Positions 18,477-26,609 of a stretch of DNA of 32,000 nt are shown here, in pieces. The stretch covers positions 30,001 through 62,000 of the forward strand of contig PRDJ01000042.1 in the NCBI GenBank assembly GCA_003345555.1, in the 5' to 3' direction. The translations under genes were made by a program, and so were the position numbers. The first letter of the stretch is position 1, and each line of letters begins with the position of its first letter. The notes below the pieces were generated by a model that worked only from the letters and a program-made list of their open reading frames with translations, searched no databases and had not been told where the DNA came from. Source of the DNA: Candidatus Thorarchaeota archaeon. GTDB taxonomy: Archaea > Asgardarchaeota > Thorarchaeia > Thorarchaeales > Thorarchaeaceae.

Positions 18477-19829
18477 ATGGACGATAAGCACATCCAGATT
18501 CTTAAGGACTTGGGCTTTGGCGACATCAGCTCAAAGACAATGAGTAATGAGTACTGGAAGAATAGGGCGGCAGAAGCCCTTGCCATCACGACTCAAGAAA
18601 GAGATGTCTTTGGCTGTCTTGACCACACTCGCGGAGATGGCGTGAGGATCTATGACATTGAAGGCACAGAGTATCTTGACGTGACTGGCGGGGTCGCAGT
18701 ACGTGCCTTCGGGCTAAGATACAAACCGTTCTTAGACTTCGAAGCGAGCATCAGCGACGTCGTAAGCGAGTTACCGGGGATGGACTTCGACGCTATTCCA
18801 CAGACACTGCTTGCAGAGAGGGTAGCTAAGATTACTCCGGGCACCTTCAAGAAGCGGGTCGTCTTTACAACTTCAGGAGCACGCGCTGTCGAGGGCTGCA
18901 TGAAATCAGCAATGGATCTCTCTAGTAGGCGCAGATTCGTCGCGTTTAGACCGGCATTTCATGGTCGGACCGGCTATGCACTGGCATTGACTGCCTCGAA
19001 TGCAATGCACAAGTCAGGTTTTCCTCAAGGAGTTGATGTCATCAGGGTTCCTTACCCATACTGCTACCGTTGTCCCTATGGTCAGGAGGTTGAGAGCTGC
19101 AACCTCGAGTGCGTCGAAGGTCTTGTGTATGCTCTCCAAGTTGAGGGAAACGACATTGTGATGACCGTGATGGAGCCAATCTGCGGTGAGGGTGGACTGA
19201 TTGTGCCTCCGGCCAAGGCCGTGAAAGGCATGTACGATGTCACAAAAGAAGTCGGTGCCTATTTCATGTCTGATGAAGTGCAGGCGGGGATGGGTCGCAC
19301 TGGTAAGTGGTGTGCCATCGAGAATCATGGTGTTGTTCCCGATTTCGTTTCAATCGCGAAGGCGCTCGGCGGGGGTTACCCGATGGGCGCGTCGATAGGG
19401 CCTGCCCCAATGTTCACAGGACCATCTCGGCACTCGGAGACATTCTCCGCTGAGCCGAAGCTCTCATTGCTTGCACTCTGGATAATCAAGCATATGGAGG
19501 ATGGCGGGTTCCTTAAGAAGAACGCAGAAAATGGTGCCTACCTCATGAAGCGTCTGAACGAACTGAAGGACAAGTATGAAGTAGTTGGCGACGTACGCGG
19601 AATAGGTCTGATGGTCGGTGTCGAGTTCGTGAAGAGCAAGAAGACTAAAGAAAAGGCAAGGGACCTCAGATACCGTATTGTCAAGAATGCGGTGCAGAAG
19701 CAGAAGCTCTGGATGATAGGTGCAGGCCAGAACTGCGTGAGATTCACTCCGAGTTACATCATAACGAAAGCCAATATCGATGATGCCGTCGATAGATTCG
19801 ACAAGGCCATAGCCCAAAGCCTCAGCTAG
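18477..19829 (+). CDS. Class III PLP-dependent aminotransferase (4-aminobutyrate/ornithine aminotransferase-like)
   Basis: YLDVTGG, TSGARAVEG, AFHGRT, MEPICGEGG, DEVQAGMGRTG and the PLP lysine in SIAKALGGG. ATG 18477 follows a GGGAGG SD. Confidence 0.88.
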   Translation: MDDKHIQILKDLGFGDISSKTMSNEYWKNRAAEALAITTQERDVFGCLDHTRGDGVRIYDIEGTEYLDVTGGVAVRAFGLRYKPFLDFEASISDVVSELPGMDFDAIPQTLLAERVAKITPGTFKKRVVFTTSGARAVEGCMKSAMDLSSRRRFVAFRPAFHGRTGYALALTASNAMHKSGFPQGVDVIRVPYPYCYRCPYGQEVESCNLECVEGLVYALQVEGNDIVMTVMEPICGEGGLIVPPAKAVKGMYDVTKEVGAYFMSDEVQAGMGRTGKWCAIENHGVVPDFVSIAKALGGGYPMGASIGPAPMFTGPSRHSETFSAEPKLSLLALWIIKHMEDGGFLKKNAENGAYLMKRLNELKDKYEVVGDVRGIGLMVGVEFVKSKKTKEKARDLRYRIVKNAVQKQKLWMIGAGQNCVRFTPSYIITKANIDDAVDRFDKAIAQSLS

Positions 19830-19981
19830 TGCGGTAGGAATCCGCAAGACAGCAGTCAATCCAGTTCTTTGAAGGACCCCGTTCTTCTTGCTGACGTAGA
19901 CAGGATTCCTTTTGGCGATGCTCGAGGAGCCAAGCTTACTAATCCTGTTCCTAGCATAGATGTCTCGTCCATAGATTGCTA

Positions 19982-21244
19982 CTAAGGTCTTCTCAGTATG
20001 ACCAGATTCTCCGTAGCTGTTCTCCTGTCTTCGATCTTGGTTGCCGGATTCACATGATAGGAAAAGACTCTCCGAGCGACTATCGTGTCAATCAGTGTCT
20101 TTTCGTGAATCCAGCCCATCTGAGTGAAGTGCTCTGCGAAGATCGTGTCTATCGGAATCGGGCGTCCCCTGAGACTAGACCTTCCTACGAAGAAAAACAA
20201 ACGCGACGTTATCTTGTCCTGCAGGCGACTGAGTGCTCCTAGGATGCCGTGAAAATAGCGGTCGTAGATCTTCTTTATGTGCTCTTCCTCGATATCATCG
20301 CGAATGACTGAGAATGTGGGCGAGTTCACCGGCCTCGGAGGCAGGTTCCTGTAGGGAATCTCAAGTCTACTGAGATTCTTAATCTCCATTTCAGAGTGTC
20401 CCAACCAGAAGAGATCCATCTTGGCTTGGCGTATGTATTCTTGGGACTGTAGGTAAGGCGGAGAGGTTATGAGAATGTCCTTCTCCTCGTCGAGATTAGT
20501 AGACAGCGTATCAACTCCGCCTCTGACCACGGCCTTTGTCATCTTGGGCGCAAGACTCTGATATTCACTGAGTCTCTGAAGGACATTCTCAGTTTCACGT
20601 CTCACCGTTTCATAGAACCGCTTCTTCCAGTCTCCGGCAATTAGCTGCATAATCCTCTCTTTTGACTTCGGCGACTTAGACAACTTCATCCTTCCCATAT
20701 CATCGAAGGAGAAGTTCCTGCTTGCCTTGAGGAGCGGTATCGTAAGGAGCAGTCTTGCATGCTCATCATCGAGTGAATGGTAGAATCCCCAGGCTCTGGT
20801 CAGAATAGGCACGAATTCAGGAGGAAACCAATAATCGAACTTGGACCAGTCGGGCATGAATTCCTCCTCTGAAGAAACCATCTTGTCTATCAGTTCTCTT
20901 GTGCGAATCTCTCGTGGCTCCAGCATAGTGATACGGTGAAGGACTTCTATGATTGGATTCAAATCCCACAGCTCGTAATCACAATCGTATAATCGAGACA
21001 CGACGCCCACCGTGCCATAACCGGCGAAGGGGTCGAATACCTTCGCTCTGGAGTGTGCGTAGTTTTTCAGAACGTATGCTATGACGTGAGGGATGAACTT
21101 TGCCGGGTACCTGTAGATACCAAAAGCAGCATAGGTCGTGGAAGGGAAGTCAATCAAGTCCCTGAATGCAACTTGTTCTTCTGGCCCCAAGGTTTGTTCT
21201 TCTCGCGTGATTACGTCTGTGACATCTGGGTTGGTCGCCCACAT
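19982..21244 (-). CDS. DNA amino-methyltransferase, probably N4-cytosine, alpha-type motif order
   Basis: YPAKFIP, SAM-binding motif I DPFAGYGT near the N-terminus, and catalytic motif IV TSPPY after a variable region. Confidence 0.8.
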   Translation of the reverse strand: MWATNPDVTDVITREEQTLGPEEQVAFRDLIDFPSTTYAAFGIYRYPAKFIPHVIAYVLKNYAHSRAKVFDPFAGYGTVGVVSRLYDCDYELWDLNPIIEVLHRITMLEPREIRTRELIDKMVSSEEEFMPDWSKFDYWFPPEFVPILTRAWGFYHSLDDEHARLLLTIPLLKASRNFSFDDMGRMKLSKSPKSKERIMQLIAGDWKKRFYETVRRETENVLQRLSEYQSLAPKMTKAVVRGGVDTLSTNLDEEKDILITSPPYLQSQEYIRQAKMDLFWLGHSEMEIKNLSRLEIPYRNLPPRPVNSPTFSVIRDDIEEEHIKKIYDRYFHGILGALSRLQDKITSRLFFFVGRSSLRGRPIPIDTIFAEHFTQMGWIHEKTLIDTIVARRVFSYHVNPATKIEDRRTATENLVILRRP

Positions 21245-21427
21245 TTCAAGTATTGCTATAACAAAGACAATACGTCCAGATGGCGGGAGTGGGACTCTCG
21301 TTCGTTTGCAGATGGCAGTTCCAGAGACCTACTTGACCGTGCCGCGAACGTGACCTCGTGATGCCAACGCTTATCAGTTGAATGTGTTTCTTTTGAGCCA
21401 GAACTACGAAGGAGGTAGTCAGGCAGA

Positions 21428-21686
21428 ATGGCAATAACCCAATGGGGGAATCGCGTTTGCGCGCCAGTCGATACTAGCTCTGCCTCCCTCTGCGAAGTTC
21501 GTCTACGTGCTTCTTAAGAGCCGGCACCAATTGTCCCGGCAGGATTTAATCTCGGCGACCTACATGCCCCCAAGAACAGTGAACTATGGGATTAGTCGCT
21601 TAAAGGCATTAGGTCTGATTCAGGAAGAGAAGCATGGCGGCGATGCGCGGGAGAAGGTATACGTGCTGGTTTCGGCGCCGGTGTGA
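21428..21686 (+). pseudogene. MarR-like winged helix-turn-helix regulator with no in-frame canonical start (possible frameshift in a G5 run); absent from the ORF track
   Basis: Frame 21438-21686 translates to ...QSILALPPSAKFVYVLLKSRHQLSRQDLISATYMPPRTVNYGISRLKALGLIQEEKHGGDAREKVYVLVSAPV*, an archaeal wHTH pattern (LPPSAK, RTV, DAR..Y). Upstream ATGs at 21428 and 21442 are out of frame. Confidence 0.6.
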
Positions 21687-21724
21687 TTCCCGCTTAGGAA
21701 TTCCGTATCGACTTAGCATCCCAT

Positions 21725-21760
21725 AGGTACTGCAGGCAACTGCAGTATCTCCCTTTCTTT
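21725..21760 (+). terminator. GNRA-tetraloop hairpin plus pyrimidine tract
   Basis: AGGTACTGCAG-GCAA-CTGCAGTATCT (11-bp stem with one G.T pair), followed by CCCTTTCTTT. Confidence 0.55.
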
Positions 21761-21853
21761 CGGTTCATCCAAAAGCCTCATAATCGAGACGCGGGAACCT
21801 CGGATTGGCCAACTCTCAACATGGTGTAGTTGCACATGGCCAGTTGATGAGCG

Positions 21854-23242
21854 ATGAGCGATCGAGTAAGAGACGAAGGTAACTCAGACTTCTACGCAAG
21901 GCTCGGCGTAGAACCGATGGGCAAAGAAGGGCGCACGCATTTCAGTAATGAACTGACACCGGAGATAGCCGGAAAGGATGTCGTGCTAGTCGGATGGGTT
22001 CACATACTCCGTGACAAGGGAAAGCTCAAGTTCCTCATTCTCAGAGATGAACACGGCACTGCTCAGGTCACAATATCGCAGGACAAGGTTCCACCAGACG
22101 TCTTTACTGTTTCCGGACAGCTGAAACCTGAGTCGGTTGTCGCTGTCAAGGGGCGGGTTGTGAAGGCCGGCCAAGTCGAGAGGGGCGTTGAGGTTGTACC
22201 CACCAGGATTCGTCTGATAAACACTGCAGAACGGCTCCCAATAGACGTTGTTGAGGGAAAGGTCGACATTGACCTAGAGACTCGTCTCAACAATCGTATT
22301 CTCGACTTACGCAAGCCAAGAGTGAATGCCATTTTCCATGTGCAGCATTGTCTTGTGAAATGGGCACGAGAGTATCTGGTCAAGAATGCATTCATCGAGA
22401 TTCATACCCCCAAGCTCGTGGCTGAGGCCACGGAAGGGGGTGCAAACCTCTTTGAGGTCAAGTACTTCGAGAGAAAGGCGTACCTCGCGCAAAGCCCTCA
22501 GTTCTACAAGCAGCTTATGCTTCTGGCAGGATTCGGAAGAGTCTATGAGGTCGGGCCCGTATTTCGAGCCGAAAAGCACAACACTCGTCGTCATGTCAAC
22601 GAATACACATCATTCGATTTTGAAATGGCATGGATAAGTGGCGTCGAGGATGTCATGAACATGGAGGAGAGAATGCTAGAGTACGCATTCAAACAGACAA
22701 TCAAGGAAGCATCTGCTGAGCTCGAGTTGGTAGGAGTAAAACTCCAGACGCCGAAGGTCCCGTTCAAGAGAATCAAACATGCGGAAGCTATTGACCTAGT
22801 GAACGAGACGGGCATGCATCTGTCGTATGAGGACGACCTTGACCCGGAGTGCGAACGCATTCTCGGTGAGATCTTCCCGGAGAAGTACGGCACTGACATG
22901 GTGTTCATAACGCACTATCCACTTGGGCTGAGACCGGCATACACGATGCCAAGTCTAACTGATGAGGGAAAGACTGAGAGCTTCGACCTCACGTACAAGG
23001 GCATGGAGATCACAACTGGCGGTCAACGGATACATCTCTATGATCTTCTTGTTGAACGATTCAAAGCAAAGGGATTTGACCCAGCGCATTTCGCTTTCTA
23101 TCTTGACCCCTTCAAGTATGGGGCGCCTCCACACGGGGGACTCGGTCTTGGAGTAGAACGTCTGACTATGCAGACACTTGGAATTGAGAACGTAAGAGAA
23201 GCCACTCTGCTCCCCAGGGACCGCGACAGACTGACTCCCTAA
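21854..23242 (+). CDS. aspS: Archaeal-type aspartyl-tRNA synthetase, possibly non-discriminating
   Basis: OB-fold GWVH.LRD.G, motif 1 IHTPKL, AYLAQSPQFYKQ, motif 2 FRAE, motif 3 GAPPHGGLGLGVERL. Confidence 0.93.
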   Translation: MSDRVRDEGNSDFYARLGVEPMGKEGRTHFSNELTPEIAGKDVVLVGWVHILRDKGKLKFLILRDEHGTAQVTISQDKVPPDVFTVSGQLKPESVVAVKGRVVKAGQVERGVEVVPTRIRLINTAERLPIDVVEGKVDIDLETRLNNRILDLRKPRVNAIFHVQHCLVKWAREYLVKNAFIEIHTPKLVAEATEGGANLFEVKYFERKAYLAQSPQFYKQLMLLAGFGRVYEVGPVFRAEKHNTRRHVNEYTSFDFEMAWISGVEDVMNMEERMLEYAFKQTIKEASAELELVGVKLQTPKVPFKRIKHAEAIDLVNETGMHLSYEDDLDPECERILGEIFPEKYGTDMVFITHYPLGLRPAYTMPSLTDEGKTESFDLTYKGMEITTGGQRIHLYDLLVERFKAKGFDPAHFAFYLDPFKYGAPPHGGLGLGVERLTMQTLGIENVREATLLPRDRDRLTP

Positions 23243-23258
23243 TGCTCACTCTATAATG

Positions 23259-23281
23259 CTCTCTCAAAGCACGAGCCGCGG
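23259..23281 (+). repeat. Direct repeat copy 1 (23 bp)
   Basis: CTCTCTCAAAGCACGAGCCGCGG; 21/23 identical to 23644-23666. Confidence 0.85.
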
Positions 23282-23444
23282 GATTCAACGGACAGTATCA
23301 GCACACGCGAGTTTCTACAGGACATCTCGTAGTTAAACTAACTTCATCCCGGCGGCGTAGGTTTTCCTTGTTTAACTTCTTTCTTTACCTTTGGTCGTCT
23401 AATGCTCTTTCCTTTCTTTCCCATTTTTCATCTCTTCTTTCTAA

Positions 23445-23458
23445 TAGAACCGGTTCTA
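23445..23458. repeat. Perfect 14-bp palindrome
   Basis: TAGAACCGGTTCTA is its own reverse complement. Confidence 0.85.
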
Positions 23459-23643
23459 CAAACCTCAAACGCAACATACAACTATAAAACAGCACGGATA
23501 TGAGACCTTGGGGAACTTATAAGGAAATATTCCTTAGAGTATTCTGTTGGCACGAGTGATATAGGAGGGGGAATAACAAGACCCCCTATCTTGTGATTTC
23601 TAATTCCTTTCCTCTGAAGAATTCCAAGAGGCTCAATAATACT

Positions 23644-23666
23644 CTCTCTTAAAGCACGAGCCGTGG
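23644..23666 (+). repeat. Direct repeat copy 2 (23 bp)
   Basis: CTCTCTTAAAGCACGAGCCGTGG; both copies have ATAAT a few bases upstream. Confidence 0.85.
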
Positions 23667-23720
23667 CAACGTGTAATGGCCCAGCGACACTCATATCAAC
23701 TCAAGAAGAGGTCCTAGGTA

Positions 23721-24458
23721 ATGGACGAACCACTGCAATCCGCGCTCTACGCATCAATCGCTACACTGGACCAGCTCAAGAAAATGTACGACATGGGCGT
23801 TGTTGATGTCAGGTCGTATGAAAGGGAGTCTGAAGCGCTAATAACAGAGGTTCGGAATTGCATCGAACAGATGCGGAGAACCGGTCTTGACGTTGGGAAC
23901 TTCGTGGGTCAGGCCCGGATATCGGAGTCGTTTCCCGAAGCGTCGAACATGCTGGGGCTGTACGGACGAGACACGCGGCAGCCAGGTATAGGGATGACAA
24001 CTGATCAGTACTTCGACTACATCGGACTTGCCGTCTTAGATGTGGCTACCGCGAATTCCTCGAAAGGGCTGATGGGACTTGCGGAACTCATTGTCGAGGT
24101 CGTGCGCCTGCTGCCAGAGCTCAAGTCTGTCAGCTACAATGACGTGATCGAGGCAGTGAACCGCGTGTCTCAACATGGATTGATACCGGGCATTCGGACG
24201 CTTAGGGGCGGAGTCAAAGTTGTGGAACTGCGTCCGTTAGAGCTGCGTCGTGACCAAGCAGATGTAATCAATGCTGCCGCCACCAAGGGGTACGTTTCCA
24301 TTGAAGAGCTCATGATGCAGCTCAAGTGGTCAGAGGACCATGCACGTCAAGTTCTCTCCAGTCTGGTCGATGCTGGCATGGCAGTGGCAGACATACGGTT
24401 CTCGACGGGTGGCCGCTATTACTTCCCGGGTTTAAGACCTAGAGATAGTACAGTGTAG
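23721..24458 (+). CDS. ESCRT-II Vps22/Vps36-like (EAP30) tandem winged-helix protein with an N-terminal Vps28-like module
   Basis: Residues ~95-240 track Vps22/SNF8 (ELRRDQADVINAAATKGYVS.EEL...LKWSED.ARQVL..L...G.A..D......YYFPGL). Residues ~5-80 resemble the Vps28 N-terminal helical region. Confidence 0.8.
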   Translation: MDEPLQSALYASIATLDQLKKMYDMGVVDVRSYERESEALITEVRNCIEQMRRTGLDVGNFVGQARISESFPEASNMLGLYGRDTRQPGIGMTTDQYFDYIGLAVLDVATANSSKGLMGLAELIVEVVRLLPELKSVSYNDVIEAVNRVSQHGLIPGIRTLRGGVKVVELRPLELRRDQADVINAAATKGYVSIEELMMQLKWSEDHARQVLSSLVDAGMAVADIRFSTGGRYYFPGLRPRDSTV

Positions 24459-24506
24459 AGGACTGTATTCGCTGTTGGCATTCGGGCTATGACAGGTCAC
24501 ATTGGA

Positions 24507-25220
24507 TCAGACCACTGCTAGTATTGCGCCTTTCTTCGAGTCAACCCATTTTGCCAATCCTTTGTCAACCATTATCTGCATGATTCGATGCAAGTCTCTT
24601 TCAGGGAGCTTCGAGAAGTCTTGGCCGGATTCCTGCACGACAATTGACTGCACATCTAGGCGCAGTTTTCCTGTCTTTATTGCCCAACGGTATATGATGT
24701 CACCCCATTCCTCGAGGGGTCGCCAGTAGACTCGAAGCTGTCTTTTCTTCTCGTCGAGCCATTCTCCAACGTCCTTCTTGACCAATGATTCACCTATGAA
24801 TCTGAAGGCGTCGACCTTTCCAAGGATGTCACTGAACGGTTTCTCCTTCACGAAGGTTGACACTGAAAGAACATGTATGCTTTTGAACTCGGTCCAAATC
24901 ATAAGATAGTCTGACCACTCTTCCGCCCACATTTCTATGTCTTTTTCTGCAGGTGGAATATGATACATCCATTCAGCTTGGTTTACGTTTCCCCACTGCG
25001 GGGCCGGGAGCTCTAGGACCTGTGAGGGCGCAGACTCAGGGACGATTTCAGTCTGAATCGACTCGAGCTCCTGAGTCTGCGAATCCTCTTCAGCTTCAGT
25101 TTCGGTAACATCGACAAGAGTGTCGGTCTTAGGTGTCTCTTTGCCAACAGAAGCATCAGACGTTGGTTTGGGGGTTGGCTTCTGTCGCTCCTTTTCTTTC
25201 CGGCGTTCCTTCACTTCCAA
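24507..25220 (-). CDS. vps25: ESCRT-II Vps25-like protein with acidic N-terminal extension
   Basis: WMYHIPP (cf. eukaryotic WQYRFPP), WSDYL, and RVYWRPLEEWGDIIYRWA (cf. WRRPEEWGKLIYQW). TTG start. Confidence 0.85.
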   Translation of the reverse strand: MEVKERRKEKERQKPTPKPTSDASVGKETPKTDTLVDVTETEAEEDSQTQELESIQTEIVPESAPSQVLELPAPQWGNVNQAEWMYHIPPAEKDIEMWAEEWSDYLMIWTEFKSIHVLSVSTFVKEKPFSDILGKVDAFRFIGESLVKKDVGEWLDEKKRQLRVYWRPLEEWGDIIYRWAIKTGKLRLDVQSIVVQESGQDFSKLPERDLHRIMQIMVDKGLAKWVDSKKGAILAVV

Positions 25221-25223
25221 TCC

Positions 25224-26453
25224 CTAAGACGCCTCCCCCCATTCGATATACTTCCTTACGTCTTCTGGAGTTGTACCGGGTCCAATGTTCTCAATAGCCC
25301 GCAGAAAGTCGTCCCGTGAGACGGGCCGTAGTTCGAGTCGTGCGCGGTCGCTATCGAGCTTTCCCACGCGCTGTAGGTCTCTTATTGGTTCCATCGCGGC
25401 TTCCCGACATACCACACTAATATCCCGGCCACTATAACCGTCGGTCAAATCAGCAAGTTCTCCGAAGTCGACTTCCGGGGACAGTTCAATGTCTTCCATG
25501 TGAATCTCGAATATCTTTCTCCGTGAGGTTTTCCTTGGCAAGGGGATGTGAATCTTCTTCTCAAATCTTGATCGAAGAGCGAAGTCCAGTTCCCATGGAA
25601 GATTGGTAGCACCGATTACAGTAACCCTATCATCGGGATGAGTCGCCAATCCCTGCAGCTCAGTCAATAGCTGAGTCTTGAGTCGTCTCTCCCCGCCAAC
25701 ATCATGTCCCGTTCTTGAGATTCCAACAGAATCAAGCTCATCCATGAAGATAACGGAGGGCTGACTCCTCCTCGCCATTTCAAAGAGGGTCATGACGAGC
25801 TTCTCTGACTCGCCGAGCCACTTGCTGACGATATTTGCGGCTGAGACATTGAAGAACGTTGCATGCACTTCAGAGGCCACAGCCTTTGCTATGAGAGTCT
25901 TACCACATCCTGATGGTCCATAGAACAGAATGCCCTTCCAGGGCTGCCTCGATTTTCCCTTGAAGAGTTCAGGATGTTTCATTGGAGACACAATGGCTTC
26001 TTGAATTACCTGCTTTGCATCGTCCAATCCTGCAACCTCGGACATTTTCAAATCCGGTCGTTCAGTAAGAATCGTGTCAGCAATCATATCCTGAAGGTGT
26101 CTCATGTCTTCGTTGTCGTCGCCTGTTTCCGAAGTCCTTCCGGATGGCAGTGATGGCTCTCCCCTGTCTATAGAAAATGTGGCGGGAATACTTGGAATCG
26201 TCGGTCGTTCCGCTTGCCTTGTCTTAAGGCCTGAGATGTATCTTACCCGATCTACACACTCTTGGGCCCTGCTCAGGTAGTGCTTCTGCAAAGATGGAAG
26301 GGATGAGGAATTCGAGAGCTTGATGAGTATCATGCTTGCCTTTAGATAGTCACTACAAGCCTCTTTCTGGAGTCCTCTCCTGTCCAAATCTATTGCCTTT
26401 TCGAGCAAAGCCTTGACTCCAAGGTCGAGGCGGTCAGCGTCTGTTCCTGACAT
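25224..26453 (-). CDS. vps4: Vps4-like AAA+ ATPase with N-terminal MIT domain
   Basis: MIT helices (KAIDLDRRG...Y), Walker A GPSGCGKT, pore loop KWLGESEKLV, Walker B FMDELD, GATNLPWELD, RFEKKIHIPLP. Adjacent to ESCRT-II and ESCRT-III genes. Confidence 0.92.
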   Translation of the reverse strand: MSGTDADRLDLGVKALLEKAIDLDRRGLQKEACSDYLKASMILIKLSNSSSLPSLQKHYLSRAQECVDRVRYISGLKTRQAERPTIPSIPATFSIDRGEPSLPSGRTSETGDDNEDMRHLQDMIADTILTERPDLKMSEVAGLDDAKQVIQEAIVSPMKHPELFKGKSRQPWKGILFYGPSGCGKTLIAKAVASEVHATFFNVSAANIVSKWLGESEKLVMTLFEMARRSQPSVIFMDELDSVGISRTGHDVGGERRLKTQLLTELQGLATHPDDRVTVIGATNLPWELDFALRSRFEKKIHIPLPRKTSRRKIFEIHMEDIELSPEVDFGELADLTDGYSGRDISVVCREAAMEPIRDLQRVGKLDSDRARLELRPVSRDDFLRAIENIGPGTTPEDVRKYIEWGEAS

Positions 26454-26609
26454 TCAAGGTCGCCAGTCAAGTGCGCTTGAATGGTTAAGAGTTTCTGTGT
26501 TTCGTAGCGCGATACTCCTTCAGTTGTCCTGCCCGCCAGAAAGGCACGTTTGTTACGAAGGCTTAAAGGCGGAGGTCTCGCACAACCCACAGAAGTTCAT
26601 CATCAGGAC

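Noticed and set aside
19830-19846. Short hairpin TGCGG-TAGGAAT-CCGCA after the aminotransferase
   Set aside because: Only a 5-bp stem with no adjacent U-tract; could arise by chance.
23259-23666. Direct repeats considered as a CRISPR array, replication origin, tRNA fragment or integron attC
   Set aside because: Only two copies, 385 bp apart. No cas, cdc6/orc1 or integrase gene in the window, no ORB consensus, no cloverleaf, and no convincing RYYYAAC/GTTRRRY pair.
23482-23694. 70-aa minus-strand ORF in the repeat-bounded spacer
   Set aside because: No recognisable domain. It runs through direct repeat copy 2 and the likely promoter of the ESCRT gene, so it is not supportable as a CDS.
25224-26453. 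AAA ATPase as Cdc48, PAN or katanin
   Set aside because: It has a single AAA module with an MIT domain, the Vps4-type WLGESEK pore loop, and ESCRT neighbours.
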